In this document: positions 42,331 to 55,139 of the stretch, piece after piece
How the letters are laid out: every line of letters starts with the position of its first letter
Position numbering within the stretch: position 1 is the first letter of the stretch
Assembly (NCBI RefSeq): GCF_009914755.1
Contig: NC_060947.1
Strand: one strand, 5' to 3'
DNA length: 64,000 nt
DNA from: the human T2T-CHM13v2.0 reference genome, Homo sapiens
Position numbers and translations under genes: made by a program
Notes under the pieces: generated by a model
What the model saw: only the letters and a program-made list of their open reading frames with translations
Told to the model about the DNA's origin: nothing
Database searches by the model: none

Positions 42331-43103
42331 CAGCAGACACATGAAAAAATGCTCATCATCACTGGCTATCAGAGAAATGCAAATCAAAACCACAATGAGA
42401 TACCAACTCACACCAGTTAGAATGGCGATTATTAAAAAGTCAGGAAACAACAGGTGCTGGAGAGGATGTGGAGAAATAGGAACACTTTTACATTGTTGGT
42501 GGGAATGTAAACTAGTTCAACCATTGTGGAAGTCAGTGTGGCGATTCCTCAGGGATCTAGAACTAGAAACCCAGCAATCCCATTAGTGGGTATATACCCA
42601 AAGGATTATAAATCATGCTGCTATAAAGACACATGCACACGTATGTTTATTGCAGCACTATTCACAATAGCAAAGACTTGGAACCAAGCGAAATGTCCAA
42701 CAATGACAGACTGGATTAAGAAAATGTGGCACATATACACCATGGTATACTATGCAGCCATAAAAAATGATGAGTTCATGTCCTTTGTAGGGACATGGAT
42801 GAAGCTGGAAATCATCATTCTCAGCAAACTATCACAAGGACAAAAAACCAAACACTGCATGTTCTCACTCATAGGTGGGAATTGAACAATGAGAACACAT
42901 GGACACAGGAAGGAGAACATCACACTCTGGGGCCTGTTGTGGGGTGGGGGGAGGGGGAAGGGATAGCATTAGGAGATATACCTAATGTTAAATGACGAGT
43001 TAATGGGTGCAGCACACCAACATGGCACATGTATACATATGTAACTAACCTGCACGTTGTGCACACGTACCCTAAAACTTAAAGTATAATAAAAAAAAAA
43101 AAA
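42331..43103 (+). mobile_element. 5'-truncated L1PA (L1PA3-5-like) 3' fragment with poly(A), no TSD
   Basis: ORF2 C-terminus [12 protein letters not shown]...LIGGN with a 10-bp deletion near 42570; 3'UTR AATGACGAGTTAATGGG (GAG-type); A-tail. Confidence 0.92.
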
Positions 43104-43454
43104 GAAGTTATTCATTCCGGCAATCTGTTGCACAGCATGGTGAACTCTGCTCTTAGCTATTTTATAAATTGGTGTTCTGCAAAATCTTTTATTTGAAAAC
43201 AAGATTTGACTGCTAAAAAAGGAGCAATTGGATATCATTGCCCATAAAAATTTAGTTTGCAAGCTGCTCTACCAAAGAATTTTAAAATTCCTTTCATCTT
43301 TGATTTCTATGTGACTATTCTGACTTTTAATTCTGGAGCTTCTGTTATCAAGATAATCCTGCCCAAAAGTACAATTACAAGCCTTGCAAAAATTTTCATT
43401 CAACAATTCATTATAGTTTATCCTATTGAGAAAATGGTGCTTTAAGAGATTTGC

Positions 43455-43600
43455 AATAAGTATTAACTCTAATCTTCATAGTAACACTGTGAAACAGCCA
43501 CTGTTTTCATGCCAATTTTACAGAAGAGAAAAAGTGAAGAAAGAGAGGTTAAAAAATTTTCCAAAGCGGCAGTAAACAGAGCTGGGATTTGAACTCTAAG
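43455..43600 (-). mobile_element. MIR SINE
   Basis: CCAATTTTACAGAAGAGAAAAGTGAAG..GAGGTTAA..CAGAGCTGGGATTTGAACTC core. Confidence 0.7.
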
Positions 43601-46349
43601 GTTGCTTCACAGCTTTGCTATGCCATCTTTTCATATTAATAAAGTTACCTTTCCCTATTAATGAAACTCTGTTAGTGCTGTTCATTTTTTAGGTTTTGAA
43701 CCACTAGATAAGGGAATTATCTGTGCTCTCTTATAGACTTTTTTGTGACATCAGGGAGGCATTTTGAGATGGCTGGCTAATCTCTGGGGAACACATCTTG
43801 AACAGGACTTACTGTGATTTTGTCTTTTATTTATTCTAATAAAGGCAACCATTACTACATGCAAGCCAGCGAATACTGCTTATATAACCAATTAGCTGAC
43901 TAGGAGATGGACCCAGAACTGTGATGCTGCCAACTCTATGACCTAATAAAACTTGACAGCTAACCCTAGAGACCCATAATGGCAGCATTTCCAGGACTAA
44001 GACAATGACTTTGTTGATTAATACATCTTGTTGAAATTTTTTTTTTCTGGGATATAATTAACCAATGTGTGTTTAAGCAACTCTTTTGGTAATATGTGAA
44101 TCCCATCTCTCAAATACCTGGAAATAACTATGTTTATTTATAAAACTCATGATCATGCATTTATGTTCATAATAAAAATACTTTACTAGTCCAACACTGA
44201 TCCAGAGTATGATTGTGCTGCATGTCCTCTAGTAACCTCTTTAATGATGACAAGCTAGATAAAATGTAGAATGCATGTGAGGCAAGTTCAAATTTCTTAA
44301 GATTTGCAAATAAAGCATAGAGTCCAGTAGATGTCTACTGATATCATTGGGGCTGCTTAAATAATTTCTAAAATAGATAACTGGCATAATAAAGTTTAAT
44401 TTAAAATATGGAATGGATAATGAAAAACTCCTTTTTCAATGACGGAATATATTTCCATCATTAAATAACTATAGATTTGTATCCATTTAGTAAGATCAGT
44501 AGTTATACTGCTAAAAATATTCCATAATAAAAACAGTTTATATTCTTTCAACATTTTTTAAAGGATGTTATAGGTTTAGATAACCTGAAGATATTATGAA
44601 ATTGATTCTGAAAATATTTCAAATTTTGGAAAATAAGACTCAGGAGAACGGAGAGGAAAACTAAGCTTATTTTTTTCTGAAATAGAGAAGACTAAAGAAA
44701 AACATGATAATGGATTTCAAGTGCATGAAGTCTGAAAATTTAGAAGAAAGAAAAGGGCTAAAAGTATAAAATTATGAATTTCCTAAAATAATCAATCTCT
44801 GAGACACTGGAAGTGTTAGTGATGTGAAGTCAATTTTTTTAAAGGAGGCATGAAGCACTGTGAAAAATAAAGTAAAAAATTAAATATTTAAAAATACAAT
44901 ATGATAACTGTCACAGATAGAAGGACTTTACTAAAGTATAAAGCCATTTAAGAATACAAGTGTCTCTTCCGGTGATAAGCTGACATTTGAAATCCATGGT
45001 ATTCAGACATGTAGAGAAATTTACCTTGAAGATTTAAGGAATTTTAATACTGAGATTTCTGAGAACAAGGGAGTATGAACTATTATCCAGAGCTGCTATG
45101 TAAAATGAAAATACATAGAGAAAACACAATTGTGATTTATTCCACTTTGAAGGTACTCACATAAGCAGACAATTATCTCATTGATACAGGAGAATTTACC
45201 ACCATTTGTCATTTTATAAACCTATGCAATAAGATGGCAGGATTGACTATGATGATAGTGTTTTCACCTTTAATATTTTTCTCACAATTTATAATACATC
45301 CTGACATTCTAAAACTCAAAGGAGTCATTAATTTAATGATTTAATTCCTAAATCAATTCCTAAGAAGAAAATGCCAGTAGGGCATTTTAATTTTAAAAAT
45401 ATACCAGATATTTCACACATGTTGTGCATGTGTGGCCTGTGTGAATGCTTGTCTGTGCTCATAGAAGATTGCTAGGTTTTGAAAACAAATACAATTTCTG
45501 TCTCAATAAAGAAATTATGTATCTATTAGATTTATTATAGTTGTAAAAAATTAAACCCAAGAGAACAGAACTTATAGTGGTTCATAAGTGCTACTTCCTA
45601 CTGTTAAGTTAATGTTTTATGACATAATTATGCAACTTTTTCACTCCCATCGGAGAATTGTCCTCTATTCTCTCTTCTTGAAACATAGCCTGAAACAATA
45701 TACTCTGATAACCGTTCTAGCTGAAAATCATATTTGCACCCTGTGGAGAAATATAGTCCAATTTAAATTAGTATTTCTAGTAAATATACAAAAACACTTT
45801 CCAAAACATCTTTCAGGAAAGCTGCATCACCAAATGATGTATTTTCTAAGTAATGCAGAACAATTTGTATTCAAGTCATTTTGCCATTTCATTAAACTTT
45901 ACAGCATATGGCATTTTCTTCAAAAGTAATGGGACAAAAGAAAAGAGACACATTAGGAAAAGAATAGTAACCACTTTCCTTTCTATTATAGATTTTTGCT
46001 TTGGATTTTTTTTTGATAATAAAACAGTTTTGTTTTGTTCTTTACTCCATAAAGAGAAATATATGGATGTACATTTTAGATAATATTGTGAATCTGCAGG
46101 CAATGTCTATTTGTTTCCTTTTCAGTGTAGAACAAATGTTGAAACAAAAAAGATTTTGTAAGTTTATTACTGAAAATGAAAAGTCAGTGAGAATTTAAAA
46201 AAAAAACAAACTATCGATCTCCTATTGTGTGCAAACCTCTTCCACTTCACCATTAGTTAACAGGGCCCCTGGTCTCATATAGCTTACATTCCATGGAAAC
46301 ACGAAACAAAGCAGGTAGAGGAGGATAAAAAACCTGAATAAGTTAATAA

Positions 46350-46959
46350 TATTTTTATTTTACATATTTAAATTGTAAAACATGTTGTTTTCTTATACAT
46401 AGTGAAACAGTTACTATCATCCAGCAAATTAACATTATCTCACATAGTTACCCATTAAACAATACATTTTATTGTGTATATTTAAGGTTCACAAGGATGT
46501 TATGGGATGCATAATGATACATAGATACATATAGATAGTACAATGGTGACTATAGTGAATCAGATGAACATATCTATTATCTCACATAGCAATTTTTTGT
46601 GACAAGAACAGATAATATCTACTTGTTTAACAAAAATCTCTAATACAATGGTTTTAACTTTAGTCCTTATGTTGCACATTAAATTTCTAGACTTGTTCAT
46701 TATACATATCTACCACTTTGAATTATTTGACCTACATCTTTCCATTTCCTCTCCCCTAGAGTCCATCGTAACCACTGTTTCATTCTCTATTTTTGTGTAT
46801 TTGAGCTTTTAAAAAATATTTCACATACTGTATAAATGAGATTATGTAATATTTTTCTTCCTGCATCTGGATTATTTTACCTAGAACAATGTACTATAGG
46901 TCCATCCATGTTGTGGCAAATGGCAGGATTTCCCTTATTACATCTGAATATACGTATGT

Positions 46960-47006
<47 letters not shown>

Positions 47007-47190
47007 GATAGATGGATAAATCAGTCTCAAAGTTTATTTGTTCATGCATTCATGACCACCTAGGTTGTTTCAATATCTCAGTTATTGTTAATAATGCACC
47101 AATTACTATGGGGATGCAAGTTTGTTTACAAGATGGTGCTATTTTTTCAGTTGGGTATATACCGAGAAGAGGAATTTCTGGGTCAGATGG
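46350..47190 (-). mobile_element. L1MA-like 3' end(s)
   Basis: Antisense L1MA 3'UTR (two adjacent terminal copies, ~46350-46455 and from ~46465) running into the ORF2 C-terminus. Confidence 0.7.
46957..47012. repeat. (TG)n microsatellite followed by (TAGA)n
   Basis: Direct observation. Confidence 0.95.
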
Positions 47191-47670
47191 TAGATGACAT
47201 CATCTTAATTGTAGAAACCCCAAAGATTAAACAAAAAAAGCTATTAGAAATAACAAATACATTTAGTAAAGTTGTAGGCCTAAAAACAATATATGAAAAT
47301 TAGTAGCATTTGTATATACAGATAATCATTTATCTAAAAAAATTTAAAAAATCCCTTTATGGTAAGATAATTAAAAAATTCCCTTTATGGTAAGATAAAA
47401 AAATCTAGTAATAAATTTCACTGAAGAGTTGACAGACTTGTACACTGAAAATGATAAAACATTAATGAAAGAAATTGAACAAAATACAAATGAAAGGAAA
47501 GATATCCTGTGTTCATAGGTGGGAAAAATAATATTGTTAAAATATCCCTACCACCCAGAACAATATAGACTGAACACAATCTCTGTGAAAATTCCAATGG
47601 CATTCATCATTAAAATAGAAAAAAAATCCTAAAATTTGCATAGAACCACCAAAAAACCCTGAAGAGCCAT
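47191..47670 (+). mobile_element. L1 ORF2 RT-region fragment, inverted relative to its neighbour
   Basis: GTAGATGACATCATCTTA..GTAGAAACCC (ADD-like region) to CATAGAACCACCAAAAAACCC. Confidence 0.75.
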
Positions 47671-47674
47671 ACTT

Positions 47675-50600
47675 ACATACATTTTGGTATGTTGTCTTTC
47701 TATTATCATTTGTTTCAAGAAATTTTTCAATTTATTTCTGAATTTTTTCATTGACCAACTAACTGGTCAATTAGCAATATATTGTTTATATTTGTGTGTT
47801 TGTATAGTTTCCAAAAATCCTCTTATTATTGATTTTTTGTTTTATTTCATGGTGGTCAGAGAATATACTTGACATCATTTCATTTTTTTAAAATTTTTTC
47901 CAAGACTGCTTTTGTAGTCTAACATATGGTTTATCCTTGAGAATAATCCACATGCTGAGGAGAATAATACATTCTGTCTCTGTTGATTGAAATGTTCTGT
48001 AAACATACGTTAGGTCCATTTGCATTATAGTGCAGATTCTGTCTGATGCTTTCTTGTTAATTTTTGTATTAATGTTCTCTCCAATGCTAAGAGTGAGAAC
48101 TTGAAGTCTCCAGATATTATTGTCTTGGAGTCTATCTCTCTCTTTAGTTGTAGAAATCTTTGCTTTGTATATCTGAGTGCTCCACTGTTGGGTGTATACA
48201 TATTAAAATTGTTATAGTCTCTTGCTGAGTTGACCAATTTATCACTATATAATGACCTTATTTTTGTGGTTTTCTCTTGAAATCTGTTTTGTCTAATGTA
48301 AGAATAACTACTCCTGCTCTTTTCTGGTTTTCATTTTCATGGAATATCATTTTCCATCCCTTCATTTTCAGTCTGTGTGTCTTTGGAGGTTAAATATGTT
48401 TCTTTTAGGCAACAGATCATTGGGTCTTCTTTTTTGATTGAGTAATTTAGTCCATTTATGTTGAATGTTATTATTGATCAATAATGATTTACTTCAGTTA
48501 TTTGGTTATTTGTTTTCTGGTTGTTTTGTGGTCTTATCTTTCTTCTTTCCTTTCTGCATGTCTTCTCTTTGATGAAGGTGATTTTCTCTGGTGGTATGTT
48601 TTAATTTCTTGCTTTTTACTTTTTGTGTATCTGTTGCATGTTTTTTGATTTGAAAAACCACTAATACAGTGTTATAATATTATGTGTTTTTCTTTGTGCT
48701 TACTATTACCAGTGAGCTTTGCACTTTAAGATGATTTCTTCTTGCACATTAACGTTCTTTTCTTTCTGATTGAAATAGTAACTTTAGCATGTCTTTTAGG
48801 ACAGGTCAGGTGTTGATAAAACCACTCAGTTTTTGTTTGTCTAGGAAGGTCTTTATTTCTCCTTCATGTTTGAAGAATAATTTTGCCAGATATAATAATC
48901 TATGGTAAAAGGTTTTTTTCTTCAACACTTCAAATATGTGATGCCACTCTCTCCTGGCCTGTAAGATTTACACTGAAAATTCTGCTGATGGAAGTATTGG
49001 AGCTCCATTGTATGATATTTGTTTCTTTTATCTTGCTGCTTTTATGATCCTTTATCTTTGGGAGTGTGATTATAAATGTCTAGAGGTAATCATCTTTGAG
49101 TTAAATCTCCTTGGTGTCCTATAATCTTTTTGTACTTGAATATTGATATCTTTCTCTAAGTTTGGGAAATTCTCTAGAATTAACTCTTTCAACAAATTTT
49201 CTGCTCCATCTCTAACTCTACATCCTGTTTAAGGCCAGTAACTCTTAGATTTTTTCCTTTTGAGATTATTTTCTAGATCTTGTATTCATGCGTTATTCTT
49301 TTTATTATTTTTTTCTTTTGTCTCCACTTGTTGTGTATTTCCAAGTAGCCTGCCTCAAGCTCACTAATTCTTCTGCTTGATCAATTGTGCTGTTCTGTGA
49401 CTCTGATGCATTCTTCAATATGTCAGTTGCATTTTTCAGCTCCAGTGTTCTGCAGGATTCTTTTTTATTAATTCAATCTCTTTGTTAATTTTCTCTGATA
49501 AGATTCTGAATTACTTCTCTTTGTTATTTCTAATTTCACTAAGTTTCCTCACGACAACTATTTTGAATTTTCTGTTTGAAAGGCCACATATCTCTGTCTC
49601 TCCAGACATTGGTCCTTGGTGCCACATTTAGTTCATTTGGTGAAGTTATGTTTTCCTGATGGTCTTGACACTTTTGGATGTTAATTAGTGCGTCTGAGAT
49701 TTAAAGTGTCTGAGATTTAAAGTGTTAGGTACTTATTGTACCATCTGGGTTTGTTTGTACCCATCCTTCTTGGAAACGTTTTCCATGTAATCAGTTACTG
49801 TGTGTTGTAATTTAAATTTAAGACATTCTTTACTGCATCCATAAAGTACTTTAGGAGGTACTGCAAATCCAGTAATGCTGTGGCTTTCAGTCTCATTGAG
49901 AAACCTTCTTTGTGGTCTTTAATAAGATCCTAAAGCATTTTCTGGATTACCAGGCTGAGACTCTTGTTCTCTTCCCTTACTTTCTCTCAAATAGTCTCTT
50001 TCTCTCTGTACTGAGCTGCCTGGAGCTGGGGGAGTGATCAAACAAACACCCCTGTAGCCACCAACAATGGGACTGTGCTGGATCAAACTTGAAGCCAGCA
50101 CAGGACTGGGTCTTACCCAAGGCCTGTGATAACCACTGCCTGGCTATTGTCTATGATAGCTCAAGGCTCTGTGGCTCTACAATCAGCAGATGGAAAAGGC
50201 AGCCAGGCTTTTGTCATTTTCTTCAAGTCAGCAGGTTCCCTCTGGCCAAAGATATGTTCAGAAATGCCATCCAGGATCCATGGCCTGGAAATGGAAGCCT
50301 TCAGAATCCACTTGGTGCTCTATTCCACTGTGGCTGAGGTGGAACCCAAAAAACAAGACAAAATTCTTCTCACTATTCCCACCCATTTTTATAAGCACAT
50401 GAGTCTCTCTCCACGACCACCACTGGCCCAGGCCCACAGTGAGTACTGACTGGCTATGCCCAATGTTCACTCAAAACCCAAGGGGCTTTACTCAGCTTGT
50501 GGTGAATGCTGCTAGGCCTGGGACTCTTCATTCAGGGCGGTGGGCTCAACTCTGGCCAAGGGCAGACCCAGAAATTCTGTCTAGATTGCATGCCCCCCAC

Positions 50601-51120
50601 CAGGACTCAGCCAGGAATTGCAGGTTTTGTGGGGCTAGACTGCCTTTCAAGTTTATTTAGAATCCCAGAGCACTTTAGCCCATGGGGGCAAAGCTTGCAG
50701 GACCTAAGGTTTGGACCTCTGGGATGGGCGGATTCCCTCTGGCTAGGGCTGGTCTAAATGCTCCCTCCAAGGGCACCAGGTGAGTTCTGTCCAATGTTGC
50801 TTTTTTCTGTGACAGGGCAGCATTGAATTCTAACGCAAAGTCCCACAATCACTGTGCTGTCTCTCCCACAAGCAAACAGAATGTCCTCATGTTACATGAC
50901 CCTTGTGTGGAGTCATGGTGTCAGCAGTTTAAGACTGTCTTTCCTACCCTCTTCAGTGCCTTGTTTAGTAATATAAATTTGTAACCAGGTACTGTGATAG
51001 CTCACCTGATTTATGGTTCTTATGATGTTGCTTTTTTGTGTGTATAGTTTGTCAATTTAGTGTTCTTACAGGGAGGACACCAGGTGGAGGCTTCTATTTG
51101 GCCATCTTGCTCCTTCTTCT
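47675..51120 (-). mobile_element. L1MA/L1PB-like 5' half (5'UTR, ORF1, start of ORF2)
   Basis: 5' terminus ...GGAGGCTTCTATTTGGCCATCTTGCTCC at ~51085-51113; antisense ORF1/EN remnants (MYTPNSGALRY). Confidence 0.8.
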
Positions 51121-51199
51121 CGTTTTACTAGTTAGACATATGGTCATGTTGCATATGTAACTTAATATTATTTTCTGCTTAAAATTACATAATTACTAA

Positions 51200-51715
51200 T
51201 AATGGGTTATAAGACAGTATTCACAAGCCTCATAATGACCTCAATTGAAAAACCATACAATGGACACACAGAAAATAAAAAGCAAGAAATTAAACTTTAT
51301 CATCAGAAAAAATTACCTTCAACACAGAAAGACAGAAAAAAATCAAGATGAAAGAGAAGATCACAAAACAACCAGAAAACAACAAAATGGCAGGAGTATG
51401 TCCTTGCTTATCAATAATAACATTGAATGTAAATGGACTAAACTCTCCAAGCAAAAGACATAGACAGACTGAATTAATAAAAACACAAGGCCTATTGATC
51501 TGTTGCATACAAGAAACACATTTTACCTATAAAAATACACATAGACTGAAAAGAAAGGTATGGAAAAAGAATTCCATGCCAATGGAAACCAAAAACAAGT
51601 GGGGGTTTCTATATATATATAAGACAAAGTATATTTCAGACGAAAAAATATAAGAAGAGACAAAGAAGATTACAATATAATGATAAAGGGGTCAAGCAAG
51701 AGGAAATAACAATTT

Positions 51716-51779
<64 letters not shown>

Positions 51780-53845
51780 TCCAACTCCAGGGAACCCAGA
51801 TCTATAAAGGAAATGTTATTAGAGATAAAGAGAAATACAGCCCTCAGTATAATAATAGCTGGAGACTCAACATCCTACTTTCAGCATTGGACAGACCTTT
51901 CAGACAGAAAATCAACAAAGAAACATTAGACTTAATCTGCACCATAAACCAAATGAACCCAATATATGTTTAGAGAACATTTCATTTAATAGCTACAGAA
52001 TACACATTCTTTTTCTCAGCACATGGATTATTCTCAAAGATAGCTCATATGTTAAGTCACAAAAGACGTCTGAAAACATTTTAAAAACTAAAATAATATA
52101 AAACATCTTCTCTGACCGTAAGGAAATCAAAAATAACAAGAGAGATTTTGAAAACTATACAAATATATGGAAATTAAACAATATGCTTCAGAATGACTAG
52201 TGGGTGGATGAAGAAATTAAGAAGATAGAAAAAATTCTTGAAACAAATGGTAATTGAAATACAACATACCAAACCCTATGGGATACAGGAAGAGCAGCAT
52301 TAAGAGGGAAGTTTGTAGCTATAAGTGCCTACATCAAAACAGAGGAAAAACTTCAAATTAACAACCTGATGATTTATCTTACAGAACTAGAAAATCAAGA
52401 GCAAACCAAAACCAAAATTAGTAGGAGAAAGGGAATAATAAATATCAGAGTAGGAACAAATGAAATTGAAATATAAAAATACCAAAAATCAGTGAAACAA
52501 AGCTATCTTTTTGAAAATTTATACAAAATTGACATACCTTTAGCCAGAGTAAAATATGAAGAGAGAAGATCCAGATAAACAATATCTGAAATGACATAGG
52601 AAACATTACAACTGATACTGCAGAAATTCAAAGGATTATTAGTAGCTACTATGAAAAACTATATGCCAATACACTAGAAAATCTAGAAGAAATGGACAAA
52701 TTTCTAGACACATGAAATCTACCAAGGTTAAATCAGGAAGGAATTCAAAACTTGATCAGACCAACATCAAGTAATGAGATCAAAGTCATAATAAAAGTCT
52801 CCCAGCAAAGAAAAGTCAGGGACCTGATGGCTTCACTGCTGAATTTTACCAAAAATGTAAAGAAGAAATAGTACCAGTCTTACTCAAACTATCCTGAAAA
52901 ATAAAGGGGGAAGGAATACATCCAATCTTATTTTGTGATGCCAGTATTATACTCTGATACCAAAACCACACAAAGACACATCAGAAAAAGAAAACTACAG
53001 GCCAATACATCCGATGAATATTAATACAAAACCCCCCAACAAAATACTAGCAAACCAAATTCAAAAATACATTAGAAAGATCATTCATCATGATCAAGTG
53101 GGATTTATCCTGGGGATGCAAGAATGGTACAATATACACAATTCAGTCAATGAGCTACATCATATCAACAGAATGAAGGATAAAAACCATATAATCATTT
53201 CAATTGATGTTGAAAAAGCATCTGATAAAATTCAACATTCTTTTATGATAAAGACTTTAAAAATCTAGGGATAGAAGGAACATACCTCAACATAACAAAG
53301 ACATATAGGACAGACCCACAGCTATTATCATACTGAATAGGTAAAATTTAAAAGCCTTTTATCTAAGATCTGGAAAATGACAAGGATACCCATTGTCAAC
53401 ACTATTATAAAACATAGTACCTGCAGTTCTTACTAGAGCAATGACACAAGTGAAAGATATAAAGGGTATCTAAATTGGAAAGGAATATTTCAAATTATGC
53501 TTGTTTGCAGATAATATAATCTTATATTCGGAAAAACCTAAAGACTTTAAAGAGAAATGTTAGAGCTGATAAACGAAATCAGTAAAGCAATGGGATACGA
53601 AATAAACATACTGAAATCAATAGCATTTCTATAGGCCAACAGTGAATAATGTGAAAAATATATAAAAATAGTAATCTCATTTATGGTAGTCAAACATAAA
53701 ATTAGATACCTAGGAATTAACCAAAGAATTGAAAGATCTCTATAATAAAAACTATAAAACACTGATGAAAGTAATTAAATAGGACAGAAAAAATTAAAAA
53801 AAACTCCATGTTTATTAATTGGAAAAATAAATCTTGTTAAAATAG
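51200..53845 (+). mobile_element. L1MA-like internal fragment (spacer + ORF2 EN to RT)
   Basis: LSIITLNVNGLNSP..ICCIQETH; [14 protein letters not shown]. Confidence 0.88.
51719..51776. repeat. (AT)n microsatellite, ~29 units
   Basis: Perfect AT run. Confidence 0.97.
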
Positions 53846-54764
53846 CCTTATGCCAAATTTGTGTAAACATATTCAAGTTTGTTTTTGAAAGATGTGAAGT
53901 GTAAACGACTATATAACTAAAAAAGGATATACATAAATTTAAATACTATACAACATACCATTCAGTGAATGCAATGAAATTGACTCAGTCCCTTATAAAT
54001 AATTGACAAATTAAATATCTTACATAATTTCTGTAATATTATTTCAAAGAACATTTTCTCCAAATCTTGTCAATATTTTAGACTATCTTTTTAAATTAGG
54101 TTTATAATATTAGGATTTCTGAATGGAAGGATAGAGAATAGTACTCACTGGAATTGAGTCTGGTTTTGCTAAATAATATACATATGTGGGCTAGAGTTAT
54201 TTTATGGAGAAATGCAAATAGAAAAGCTGAAATAATGTGGTGGTATTTTAATAACAGCAGCTTACCACCTTCAAAGCCAGATGAGAACTTCTGTATACAT
54301 TATACATGTGTCTAATGTAAATGTTACTAGACTTCCATCTGAATACCTGCATGTATATTCAGTGAGGTCTGGTGCTGTGAGCTATGTCTACTATGAATTC
54401 ACTCTTTATAGTGGAGCCTCATGGCAGAACATCTGAAGTCATGATAGAGTAGAAAATCTACCAAATAACTCAGTAGTCCAAGTACCCCAGACACAGTCGG
54501 TATCATATGCCATAATGAGTTAAGACAAACTGATACAATGATTCATTTCAAACTGAGTTTAGTGAAGCATAGAAAAAACTGTTAACTCACAGCAAAACTG
54601 GTCATCATTCCATACTATATCTAAATAAATTTAAATTATACTAAAGTTACTTATCTAACCCTTCAGAAATTCATATTCATTTTAATTGGTAATAAACTTT
54701 TCTTCAAACACTAAACTGTTTTTTCCTTTTAACTTTCCAGATAAAATTGACCTTATGCAAAAAT

Positions 54765-54950
54765 ATTCAGCATGTTAGATGGAAATTGAACTTAGAAACC
54801 ATTTGGTAAATTTCCCCACATTTTATAGAGGACGAAATTAGATCCACTATCTCTTATCTAAGACAGTCAAAATCAGGTAGCTGGTAGGTGATAGAGAAGA
54901 GGCAGGAAACTGGGTCTCCCACTTTCCAGTTAAAGGGCTTTCCATTATCC
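54765..54950 (-). mobile_element. MIR SINE
   Basis: CATTTTATAGAGGACGAAATTAGA..GGTGATAGAGAAGAGGCAGGAAACTGGGTCTCC. Confidence 0.55.
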
Positions 54951-55139
54951 TATCACTTCCACCCCTCCATCTATCACAAATTTGCTAGTGGTGCACTTTC
55001 ATTTTCTGGCCACTTTATAACCTCTGAGAATGAGTAGTGGTAGATTAATTAAACTAATTTCTAGTGATGGATATCTAACTCATTCATCAATATACCGCAT
55101 TAGTTAGTAGACTCTAGAGACACGAACTAAAACAGTGCC

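Noticed and set aside
44560-44800. Possible CR1/L3 relic
   Set aside because: Similarity too weak to call by eye.
45588-46198. Cluster of short ORFs in AT-rich non-repeat DNA
   Set aside because: No recognisable domain, codon structure or convincing exon signals.
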